A stretch of DNA of 64,000 nucleotides, taken from positions 1,760,001 through 1,824,000 of the forward strand of contig CAVYGB010000002.1 in NCBI GenBank assembly GCA_963767925.1. Direction: 5' to 3'. The translations under genes were made by a program, and so were the position numbers. A model generated the notes under the pieces. It was given only the letters and a program-made list of their open reading frames with translations, had not been told where the DNA came from and ran no database searches. The DNA comes from an uncultured delta proteobacterium (GTDB lineage: Bacteria; Myxococcota_A; Polyangia; Fen-1088). Below are positions 1 through 13,735 of this stretch, piece by piece (positions within the stretch are counted from its first letter, which is position 1; each line of letters starts with the position of its first letter).

Positions 1-1806
1 GGCGGGGTCGAGGAGGTGGGGGGGCGGCGGGGGGAGAGGTGGGTTCGGTTGGTGGGGGTGGCGGAGGCGGCGCGGGGGGCGGCGGAGGGCAACCGGGTGG
101 AGGAGGCGACCCGGGGTTTCGACGAGGGCCTGGCGATCTGCGCGCGAGCGGGGGCGGGGGGGGCGGCGGAGGTTGGTTACCGTTGCCTGCTGCTGGCGCT
201 GCAGCGGATGGACTTTCATGGGCTGCGCCACGAGCTGCAGCCGGCCATCGCGGCGTCGGAGGAGGCGCGGCGGCAGGCATGGGTGGGCGGGTTGCTGCCG
301 GAGTACGCGCACGCCGTCTCCCGGCGGGCCATCCTCGAGTCGTTCCGGGACGCCCACGGCGCTTCGCGGGCCCACGCCGAGGAGGTGGTGCTGCTGGGCG
401 AGCCCTGCTCGATTGTGCAGGAGGCGCGCGAGTTCCTGGCCGAGACGGCCATCGAGCGGCACGACTTCCCGGAGGCGCGCCGGCTGCTGACCGCGGTCGA
501 GCGCTGCCCGGATCGCCCGGGCCGCTTCGGGCTGGTGGGCCTGGGCGCGCTGGCCGAGCTGGCCCGCGATCCGCGCGATCCCCAGGGCGAGCAGCTCCTG
601 GCCTGGCTCGACGGATCGACGGAAGCGCTCGCGCGCGCCGGGCGGCTCGGCAGCGGCGCGCTGGGCAGCATGTTGCGGGGAGCTTCCCGGGTGGAGCGCG
701 ATCCCCCGCGGGCCCGCGCCCTGTTCCGGCAGGCCTTGCAGCAGGTGGCCTCCGCCCCGGCGGGCAGCCCCCGCGACGAGAAGGCCCGCCTGCACGCCCA
801 TCTCGGGCTGATCGCCGAGGCGGCTGCTCGTGGCGCCCACGACGAGGCGCTGGCCAATCTGCTCGCGCTCGAGGGCGTGCCGGCGCCGGCGGGCTGCCTG
901 GTGGGGGTGGTGCAGGACTTCGTGCGCACGCTCTTCCTGGTGCGGGGCCCCGACGGCCACCTGCGCGGCCGGTTCGAGCGGTCGGCCGGCCCACGGTCCG
1001 CTCCGGGCGAGCCCCCGCCGCTCCGTCTGCCCGCCGCGATGCTGCCCGCCTTGCGCGGCTGCGGCCCGATCGCGGTGGTGGCCACTGCGCCGGTGTTCGG
1101 CGCCGCCAATCTGCTGCCGCCGGAGCTGCCCTGGGCCTACCTCGGCGCCGTCGCGGACCCTGCGCCGCCGCCGCCGACAGCCCGGCGCCGCGCAGGCGCC
1201 CCCGGCGAGGTGGCGCCGGCTCCGCGACGGCGGCTGGTCGTGTCGGCCCCGGATCAGCCGGTGGGGCTGCAGCTCCCGCTGCTGCGGCGGTCCTGGCCAG
1301 TGGCTGCGGCCGGTGAGGACCTGGTCGAGCTGCACGGGGCGCGGGCCACCCCGGCGGCCGTGCTGGCGGGGATGGCCGCCGCCGACGCCATCGAGCTGCA
1401 CGTGCACGGTGTGGTCGACCCCCGGGTCAGCGACGCGGCCGCCCTGGTCCTCTCACAACCGCCGGGCGACGGGGCGGCCTCGCCTTTCCTCACCGCCGAC
1501 GCTATCCAGCGGGTGCGGTTGGCGCGGCGGCCGCTGGTGTTGCTGGGCGCCTGCCAGGCAGCCCGCAGCGCCCGCTACGGACCCCTGCGCTGGAACCTGC
1601 CGGCGGCCTTCTTGCGGGCGGGCGCCGCGCTGGTTGTGGCCTCGCCCTCGCCGGTGGCCGACGCCGACGCGGGGGCCTTCTTCGACCGCCTGCGCGCGCG
1701 CATCGCCCGCGGAGAGTCCCCGGCGCTGGCTCTGCGCGATGAGCGGATGCGGGCCCTCGCCCGCGAGCCCGACCACTGGAGCCGCGACCTCGTCCTGTTC
1801 GCCTGA
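1..1806 (+). CDS. CHAT (caspase-like) domain protein with helical/TPR-like N-terminus, 5'-partial
   Basis: C-terminal CHAT motifs ELHVHG (His), LVLLGACQAA (Cys), LPAAFLRAGAALVVAS...VAD; ORF runs from near the window edge. Confidence 0.85.
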   Translation, partial: GGVEEVGGRRGERWVRLVGVAEAARGAAEGNRVEEATRGFDEGLAICARAGAGGAAEVGYRCLLLALQRMDFHGLRHELQPAIAASEEARRQAWVGGLLPEYAHAVSRRAILESFRDAHGASRAHAEEVVLLGEPCSIVQEAREFLAETAIERHDFPEARRLLTAVERCPDRPGRFGLVGLGALAELARDPRDPQGEQLLAWLDGSTEALARAGRLGSGALGSMLRGASRVERDPPRARALFRQALQQVASAPAGSPRDEKARLHAHLGLIAEAAARGAHDEALANLLALEGVPAPAGCLVGVVQDFVRTLFLVRGPDGHLRGRFERSAGPRSAPGEPPPLRLPAAMLPALRGCGPIAVVATAPVFGAANLLPPELPWAYLGAVADPAPPPPTARRRAGAPGEVAPAPRRRLVVSAPDQPVGLQLPLLRRSWPVAAAGEDLVELHGARATPAAVLAGMAAADAIELHVHGVVDPRVSDAAALVLSQPPGDGAASPFLTADAIQRVRLARRPLVLLGACQAARSARYGPLRWNLPAAFLRAGAALVVASPSPVADADAGAFFDRLRARIARGESPALALRDERMRALAREPDHWSRDLVLFA

Positions 1807-1828
1807 CCGCAAACCAAGGAGACACGTC

Positions 1829-3010
1829 ATGCCGTTCGACCTCTATCCCGATCCGCCCGGCCGCGACCAGGGCGGCCGCGGGCGCCGCTCTATCGCGTCC
1901 GACCACGGCCACGGCGGCGATCCCGCAGTCGATCCGAGCGATCTGTTCGTCCCCCACATCGACCCCGAGCACGAGGAGGATCTGCTGGGCGGTGGCGGGC
2001 ACGGCCACAAGACCCTCGCCGCCACCGCCGCGCTCGCGCCAACCGGGGGCCACGACGAGGCGCTCGCCGTCTTCATCGCCAGCCAGGCCCGCGACTTCGG
2101 AGTGGCGCTGCAGGGCCACGCCCACCCGGCCCACCACGTCGCCATCCCGATCGAGGTGGCCCGCGAGGTCCACGCGCTCATGAGCAAGCTGGCCCCCGAC
2201 AACCCCGAGCAGGCGAGCGCCGTCGCCAAGCTGGCCGGCCTGCGCGACCGGCTGGGCAAGCGGGTGGGCGCCGCCGAAGATCCCGGCCCCTCCAACCTGC
2301 AGCGGAGCATCGCCCTGTACCGCCACCTGCGGGCGGGCTTCGACCGGATCGGGCCCGAGCGGATCCTCGACCGGGGGCTGACCTGGCCGGTCCCGGGTGG
2401 GCACGATCCCTCGGTGCGGGTGGCGGGCCTCGATCTCGAGACCTACTACCGGCGCCGGGCCGAGGCGACCCCCGAAGGCGGGGCCGACCGCTCCGCCCGG
2501 CGGCCCCACCTCCACCCCCAGGCCGAGGCGCCCATCGTGCGGCACGACCTGTCCGGGCTGTTCGAGGAGCTGGTGACCCTGCGCGACCGCAGCGCCGGTC
2601 GTATCGTCGCCCTCCACAACGACTGGCGGATGTGGCTCGCCTGGATCGATAGCGGCAACCCCATCCTCACCCTGCTCCGGATGAACGGGGCGCTGCTCGA
2701 TCCCGACCGGAGCAAGATCAAGGGCAGCGATACGCCCGAGCCGATCGAGGCCCACCGGGCCGAGCGGGTGTTCCTGCTGGTTGGCTACGAGCTCGACGGC
2801 AGCGTCGCCGAGCTCGCCCGGATCGTCCGCACCATCGCGCGCGGCGGGCAGTCCCACAAGGACGTCCCCATCCGCTACCGGCTGCGCAACCCCTGGGACG
2901 CGCAGTGGGGCGAGGGGGGGCACGCCTGGATCCAGCACCGGGAGCTGGCCCGCCACCTGCTCCGGGGCGCCGGCCTGCTCCTGCCCGAGAGCGGCCTGCC
3001 GGGCGCCTGA
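1829..3010 (+). CDS. Hypothetical protein with degenerate papain-like (C1) C-terminal domain
   Basis: AAGGAG RBS at 1816-1821, ATG 1829; FLLVGYE and YRLRNPWDAQWGEGGHAWI resemble C1 motifs HAVLIVGY / NSWGxxWGxxGY. Confidence 0.6.
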   Translation: MPFDLYPDPPGRDQGGRGRRSIASDHGHGGDPAVDPSDLFVPHIDPEHEEDLLGGGGHGHKTLAATAALAPTGGHDEALAVFIASQARDFGVALQGHAHPAHHVAIPIEVAREVHALMSKLAPDNPEQASAVAKLAGLRDRLGKRVGAAEDPGPSNLQRSIALYRHLRAGFDRIGPERILDRGLTWPVPGGHDPSVRVAGLDLETYYRRRAEATPEGGADRSARRPHLHPQAEAPIVRHDLSGLFEELVTLRDRSAGRIVALHNDWRMWLAWIDSGNPILTLLRMNGALLDPDRSKIKGSDTPEPIEAHRAERVFLLVGYELDGSVAELARIVRTIARGGQSHKDVPIRYRLRNPWDAQWGEGGHAWIQHRELARHLLRGAGLLLPESGLPGA

Positions 3011-3179
3011 GCGGGCCAGGGGCGAGGTAGGGGGCCGGCGCCCCTTTGCCGTACAGGCGGCGACAGGTGGCGGGGCCTGCCCGCGGGGGTCTTACCAGGC
3101 GGCCAGTTTTTACCTGGAACGGCGGCCCGGTAAGCTCAAGGGTGGGTGGTCCCCCTCCGAAGGAAGCCTGGGGGATCGC

Positions 3180-4676
3180 ATGCACGCTGCATCCGTACGT
3201 CCGCGACCGGCGAGCGAGATGTTCTTCGCCACCGCCCGGCGCAACCTGATCGGCAAGGCCTGGCTGCCGGCCGACAGCGGGCGCGAGCTGACGGTGTTCG
3301 ATCCCTCCACCGGCAGCGTCCTGATGACCACGCCCCACTCGGCCGCCGAGGACGTCGACCGGGCGGTCCAGGCCGCCCGCCGGGCCTTCGACCACGGCAC
3401 CTGGCCCCGCCTCACGCCCTATGAGCGCAGCCGCATCATCCTCAAGCTGGCCGATCTGATCGAGGCCAACCAGGAAGAGCTGGCTCAGATCGAGGCGGTC
3501 GACGCCGGCAAGCCCATCCTGCAGGCCCGCTACGTCGACGTGCCGCTGGCCCTGCACCAGTTCCATTTCTACGCCGGCCTGGTCACCAAGATCGGCGGCC
3601 GCACCATCACGCCGTCCTGTCCCTACATGCCCGGGACAACCTTCCACGCCTACACCGCGCGCGAGCCGGTCGGGGTTGTAGGGCTCATCACCCCCTTCAA
3701 CTTCCCGCTGCTGCTGGGCGCGATGAAGATTGCCCCCGCCCTGGCCGCCGGCTGCACCATGGTGCTCAAGCCCGACGAGCGGGCGCCGGGCTCGCTGCTC
3801 CGGCTGGCCGAGCTGGCCCTGGCGGCCGGCGTGCCCGAGGGGGTGATCAACGTCGTCACCGGTCCGGGCGAGACGGGCGCCGCCCTCGCCGCCCACGAGC
3901 AGGTCGACAAGATCGCCTTCACCGGGTCGATCGAGGCGGGCAAGGCGGTCCTGCGGGCGGCCGCCGGCAACCTCAAGAAGGTCTCCCTCGAGCTGGGCGG
4001 CAACTCGCCCAACGTGATCTTCCGCGACGCCGACCTGGCCCGGGCCATCCCCGGCGCGGGGGCCGCCGCCTACACCAACGCGGGCGAGTGCTGCGTGGCG
4101 GGGGCCCGGCTCTACATCGAGGACGCGGTCTACGACCAGGTGATCGAGGGGCTGGTGGGCTACGCCCGCGGCCTGAAGATCGGGCCCGCGCTCGACGAGA
4201 GCACCCAGCTCGGGCCGCTCATCACCAAGGAGCACGTGGCCCGGGTGATGGGCTACCTCGAGGGGGCGCGCGGCGACGGCGCCCGCATCCCCTACGGGGG
4301 CCACAAGGTGGCCCGCGAGGGGTATTTCCTGGAGCCGACGGTGGTGACCGACGCGCCCCCGGCCAGCCGGTTCATGGCCGAGGAGGTGTTCGGGCCGGTG
4401 GCCAAGGTGGTGCGCTTCTCCAGCCTGGCCGAGGTGGTGGCCCGGGCCAACGACTCGCCCTTCGGGCTGGCGGCGGCGGTCTGGACCCAGGACGTCAGCA
4501 AGGCCCACCGGGTGGCGGCCGCCCTGAAGGCGGGGACGGTCTGGGTCAACTGCTACAACGTGTTCGACACCGCCCTGCCGTTCGGGGGCTACAAGCAGTC
4601 GGGCTGGGCGCGCGAGAGCTGCCCGGAGGCGCTCAATCTCTACACCGAGACGAAGACCGTCTGTCTGGCCCTGTGA
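3180..4676 (+). CDS. NAD(P)-dependent aldehyde dehydrogenase
   Basis: PFNFP, FTGS, LELGGNSP, catalytic Cys in NAGECCVAG, EEVFGP, PFGGYKQSG; alternative start 3219. Confidence 0.95.
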   Translation: MHAASVRPRPASEMFFATARRNLIGKAWLPADSGRELTVFDPSTGSVLMTTPHSAAEDVDRAVQAARRAFDHGTWPRLTPYERSRIILKLADLIEANQEELAQIEAVDAGKPILQARYVDVPLALHQFHFYAGLVTKIGGRTITPSCPYMPGTTFHAYTAREPVGVVGLITPFNFPLLLGAMKIAPALAAGCTMVLKPDERAPGSLLRLAELALAAGVPEGVINVVTGPGETGAALAAHEQVDKIAFTGSIEAGKAVLRAAAGNLKKVSLELGGNSPNVIFRDADLARAIPGAGAAAYTNAGECCVAGARLYIEDAVYDQVIEGLVGYARGLKIGPALDESTQLGPLITKEHVARVMGYLEGARGDGARIPYGGHKVAREGYFLEPTVVTDAPPASRFMAEEVFGPVAKVVRFSSLAEVVARANDSPFGLAAAVWTQDVSKAHRVAAALKAGTVWVNCYNVFDTALPFGGYKQSGWARESCPEALNLYTETKTVCLAL

Positions 4677-4747
4677 GCGCCAGGTCGGGGGCCCGGCGGC
4701 GCCAGGAGCAACCGACGTGGGGGCGAGCGGGCGGCCGATGACCGAAC

Positions 4748-10033
<5,286 letters not shown>

Positions 10034-10078
10034 CAGAGCGGGCTTGGCGCCGGCGGGCCCGGCGGGCAAGCTTGCCAG

Positions 10079-11560
10079 GTGGCGCGCGTCCTCTTTGCCC
10101 ATGGGCACCTGCTTCGTTACGACGCGAAGCAGTTCGCCATCGGCAAGCCCTATCCTCCTCTGGCGACGCTGTTCGCCGCGGCCCACCTGCGCGCGCAGGG
10201 GCACGATGCGGCGCTTTACGATCCCATGCTGGACGAGGATCTGGGCGGGTTCGCCGCGGCCCTCGATCGGCACCGCCCCGAGGTGGTGGTGCTGTACGAC
10301 GACTCGTTCAACTGGTTCACCAAGATGTGCCTGCAGCGGATGCGGGAGGCGGCCCGCGACCTGGTGGCGCAGGCCCGGGCCCGCGGGCTGCCGGTGGTGG
10401 TGGCCGGGCACGACGCCGCCGACGATCCCGAGACTTACCTGGCGGCGGGGGCCAGCTTCGTCATCGCGGGCGAGGGGGAGATCACCCTCGGGGAGCTGTT
10501 GCAGCGGGCCCGCGAGCGGGGGCTAGGTGTCGCCGAGCTCGGGGAGGCGGCCCTCGACATCCCCGGGCTCGTGTTTCGCCAGCGGGGGTTCGTCCGGCGC
10601 ACGGGCAAGCGCAAGCTGCTGCAGGACCTCGACAGTCTGCCCCTGCCGGCCTGGGACCTGGTCGACGTCGATCGGTACCGGCGCTTCTGGCGCGGGCGGC
10701 ACGGCTACTTCTCGCTCAACGTCGTCACAACCCGCGGCTGCCCGTACCTGTGCAACTGGTGCGCGAAGCCGGTCTACGGCAACACGTACCACAGCCGCTC
10801 GCCGGACAACGTGCTGGCCGAGATCGCGCTGCTGCGCGAGCGTTACGCGCCCGATCACCTGTGGTTCTGCGACGACATCCTCGGCCTGAAGACGCGCTGG
10901 CTGGTCCCCTTCGCCGAGGGGATGGCCAGCCGGGGCCTGGCCATGCCTTTCCTCTGCCAGACCCGGGTCGATCTCATGAACCCGGACAACGTGGCGGCGC
11001 TGCACCGGGCCGGCTGCGCCGAGGCCTGGCTGGGGGCCGAGTCGGGCGCCCAGGAGGTGCTCGATGCCATGGACAAGGGGATCCGGGTCGAGCAGACGCG
11101 CGAGGCGGTGCGCCGGCTGCAGGCCCACGGCATCCGGGTGGGGATGTTCCTGCAGTTCGGGTATCCCGGCGAGGGCTGGCCGGAGATCGAGGCGACCCGC
11201 GCCCTGGTGCGCGAGCTGCTGCCCGACGACATCGGCATCTCGGTCAGCTACCCCCTGCCCGGCACGGTGTTTCACGAGCGGGTCAAGGCCGAGCTGGGCG
11301 ACAAGCGCAACTGGCGCGAGAGCGACGACCTCGATCCCCTGGTCAAGAGCGCGTTTTCGCGGGCCTTCTATCAGACGCTCGCCCGCGCTGTGCACGCCGA
11401 GCTGCGCGTGCGGCGGGGGGCGCGGGCGCTCCGCGGCCTGCTGGGCGACCCCCTCGGGCTCGACGCCGGGCGGCTGCGGGCCGCGGCGGATCTGCGTCAA
11501 ACGCCGCGCTGGCTTGTGGATCGCCTGCGCCTTGCGGCAGCGCGCTGGAATCTGGTTTGA
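10079..11560 (+). CDS. B12-binding-domain radical SAM protein
   Basis: N-terminal YPPL and GEGE motifs; TRGCPYLCNWC CxxxCxxC; GAESG; FGYPGE. Confidence 0.9.
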   Translation: MARVLFAHGHLLRYDAKQFAIGKPYPPLATLFAAAHLRAQGHDAALYDPMLDEDLGGFAAALDRHRPEVVVLYDDSFNWFTKMCLQRMREAARDLVAQARARGLPVVVAGHDAADDPETYLAAGASFVIAGEGEITLGELLQRARERGLGVAELGEAALDIPGLVFRQRGFVRRTGKRKLLQDLDSLPLPAWDLVDVDRYRRFWRGRHGYFSLNVVTTRGCPYLCNWCAKPVYGNTYHSRSPDNVLAEIALLRERYAPDHLWFCDDILGLKTRWLVPFAEGMASRGLAMPFLCQTRVDLMNPDNVAALHRAGCAEAWLGAESGAQEVLDAMDKGIRVEQTREAVRRLQAHGIRVGMFLQFGYPGEGWPEIEATRALVRELLPDDIGISVSYPLPGTVFHERVKAELGDKRNWRESDDLDPLVKSAFSRAFYQTLARAVHAELRVRRGARALRGLLGDPLGLDAGRLRAAADLRQTPRWLVDRLRLAAARWNLV

Positions 11561-11618
11561 CCCCGCCCGCGATCCGGCATACTGTTTTCCTTCAACCGTC
11601 ACCCCTTAGGAGCCGCCG

Positions 11619-11774
11619 ATGTTCCGACGAATCCCGAACTTCGTACTCTGGATCCTGCTCGCCTTCACGGTGGCCGCGGTGCCGGTGGCCTGCATCCCCG
11701 AGGACGAGGTCGACTCCGACGCCGGTCGCCGCGACTCCGGTCTCACTCCGCCGATCACGATGACCGGGAGCTAG
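11619..11774 (+). CDS. Small 51-aa predicted lipoprotein (not in ORF track)
   Basis: AGGAG at 11608-11612; translates MFRRIPNFVLWILLAFTVAAVPVACIPEDEVDSDAGRRDSGLTPPITMTGS*: basic N-terminus, hydrophobic stretch, VAC lipobox-like site. Confidence 0.7.
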   Translation: MFRRIPNFVLWILLAFTVAAVPVACIPEDEVDSDAGRRDSGLTPPITMTGS

Positions 11775-11803
11775 CCGGGCGGCGAGCAACGCGCTCGCCC
11801 CGG

Positions 11804-13735
11804 TTACCGCTTCTCCCGCTCTCGCTCCTGTAGCAGCTCCCGCGCCGACCCGGCTGTGTCGCTCCCCGCGACCGCCGGGTCGATCAGCATCTGGAGGCGC
11901 CGCCAGGCCGTCTCGGCCTCGGCCCGCGCGCCCAGGGCTTCCGCCGCGCGCGCCTCCGTCGCCAGCGCCAGCGGGTAGTCCGCCAGCAGCGCGAGCGCCC
12001 GGCGAGCGCTGTCCCGGGCGGCGCTCGGTTCGCGTGCGGCGAGCTGGGCCACCGCGAGCATCGTCCAGGCGTTGGGCGACCAGGGCTCGACGGCGAGCGC
12101 GCGCCGGGCGGCCGCGGCCGCCTCGGCCGGGCGGTCCTGTCGGAGCAGGGCCAGGGCCAGCCGCAGCTCGATGCGAAAGCCCGCCGGGGTGGCGGCGCGG
12201 GCGCGTTCGAGGTGGGGCAGCGCCCGCGCGGCTGCTTCCGCGGGCGCGCCGCCGCGGAGGGCGCGCTCGGCCCGGCCCAGCTCGTAGCTGCCCCGCACCT
12301 GCCGCTCCGCCCGCAGCACCGCGATCGGCACCAGCAGGGCGCCCAGCACCAGGACCGCCGGGCCGAGCAGCGACGGCGTGCCGGGATACGCGGGGGGCGC
12401 CAGAGCGGGGACGTCCGATCCGGCGCGCGCGGTGGATGGATTCGCCCCCGGTGTCGCCGCGCCCACCAGGCCGAGCGCCAGGCCGGCGAGGGCCAGGGTG
12501 GCTGGCATCTCGAGGGGAAAGCCGGTCAACCCCGCGCCGGCCAGGGCGGCCAGCGCGGCGGCGGCGGCGGCGGTGGACGCGCGCACCTCGGGCTCGGGGC
12601 TGCGCAGGCGCCGCCGGGTCGACACGACCGCGCCGGCGGCCAGGGCCAGCAGAGCGGCCAGGCCGACAAGGCCGGTCTCGGCCGCGCGCTCGAGCAGATC
12701 GTCGTGCGCCTGCCGGGGGGCCAGCGACGGCGTCAGCACCTGGTCGGCGGTGGCGCCGGGCTCGGCGTGGCGGGGGAAGAAGACCGGCCAGTTGCCGGGG
12801 CCGACGCCCCACACCGGGTGGGCCTGCCACATGGCCAGCGTGCGCGTCCACAGCCCCAGCCGCGAGCGCAGGGCGACCGACTGCGGATCCAAGCTCGCCC
12901 GGGCGACGGCCAGCGCGCTGCCGAAGCGCTTCTCGTCGTGCACGTGCTGGGGGTTGAGGGCGCCCGGCACGATCGCCGCCGCCGCGGCCGCCAGCGCGCC
13001 CAGCAGCCCCAGCGCGGCCGCCCGGCGCGAGAGCTGGGGCCGGGCCAGGAGCAGCCAGGTGAGCAGGCCGGCGAGCGCGCCCAGCCAGGCTCCGCGCGCG
13101 CGGGTGGCGCCGAGATAAGCGAGCTGCAGGGCCAGCCCGGCCAGCAGCGCCGCCCTGACCGCGGGCGGCCGCCGCGCGCGCCGGGCCCCGGCCAGCAGGG
13201 CCAGGGCGAAGGGCAGGCTCATCGCCACCAGCTCCGCCGCCAGGTTGCGGTTGCCGAAGGTGGCGCCCGGGGCGCTGATGACCGGGATCGGCAGGGGCGT
13301 CAGGTCGAGGTGTTGCCACAGCCCGATGGCGCTGACCGCGGCGGCGGCGGCGACGACCGTCTCGGGCAGGGCCCGCCGCCGGGCTGGATCCGCGGCCAGC
13401 ACCGCCGCGCCGGCGGCCAGCCCGAACAGGGCCACCCAGCGGGCGAAGGCGGCGCCGGCGTGGGGGGCGCCGGCCGGGCCGGCGGCGGCGACCAGCCAGG
13501 CCGCCGCCGTCGACGCCAGCACCAGGGCCGCGCCCAGCGCCACCGGCCGGGCCAGCGCCGGCCCGCCGCCCCGCCGCAGGTGCAGGCCCAGGGCCAGGAA
13601 CCCGGCCAGCGCGGTCAGCTCGAGCAGGGCGAGCTTGGGCACCACGAAGGGGGCCTCCAGGGCGCGCACGAACAGCAGCGGCACCCCCAGGGCCGCGGCG
13701 CAGGTGGCGCCGGCCGCCAGGGCCCCCGGGCTCAC
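11804..13735 (-). CDS. O-antigen ligase (Wzy_C) family membrane protein with C-terminal TPRs
   Basis: Many TM segments, TFGNRN, TRARGAWLG, PVWGVGPGNW, AHDDLLERAAETG; GTG overlaps upstream TGA (GTGA). Confidence 0.85.
   Translation of the reverse strand: MSPGALAAGATCAAALGVPLLFVRALEAPFVVPKLALLELTALAGFLALGLHLRRGGGPALARPVALGAALVLASTAAAWLVAAAGPAGAPHAGAAFARWVALFGLAAGAAVLAADPARRRALPETVVAAAAAVSAIGLWQHLDLTPLPIPVISAPGATFGNRNLAAELVAMSLPFALALLAGARRARRPPAVRAALLAGLALQLAYLGATRARGAWLGALAGLLTWLLLARPQLSRRAAALGLLGALAAAAAAIVPGALNPQHVHDEKRFGSALAVARASLDPQSVALRSRLGLWTRTLAMWQAHPVWGVGPGNWPVFFPRHAEPGATADQVLTPSLAPRQAHDDLLERAAETGLVGLAALLALAAGAVVSTRRRLRSPEPEVRASTAAAAAALAALAGAGLTGFPLEMPATLALAGLALGLVGAATPGANPSTARAGSDVPALAPPAYPGTPSLLGPAVLVLGALLVPIAVLRAERQVRGSYELGRAERALRGGAPAEAAARALPHLERARAATPAGFRIELRLALALLRQDRPAEAAAAARRALAVEPWSPNAWTMLAVAQLAAREPSAARDSARRALALLADYPLALATEARAAEALGARAEAETAWRRLQMLIDPAVAGSDTAGSARELLQEREREKR

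Noticed and set aside
1..180. G-rich tract as a G-quadruplex or regulatory element
   Set aside because: Lies inside a partial CDS at the window edge and may be low-quality sequence
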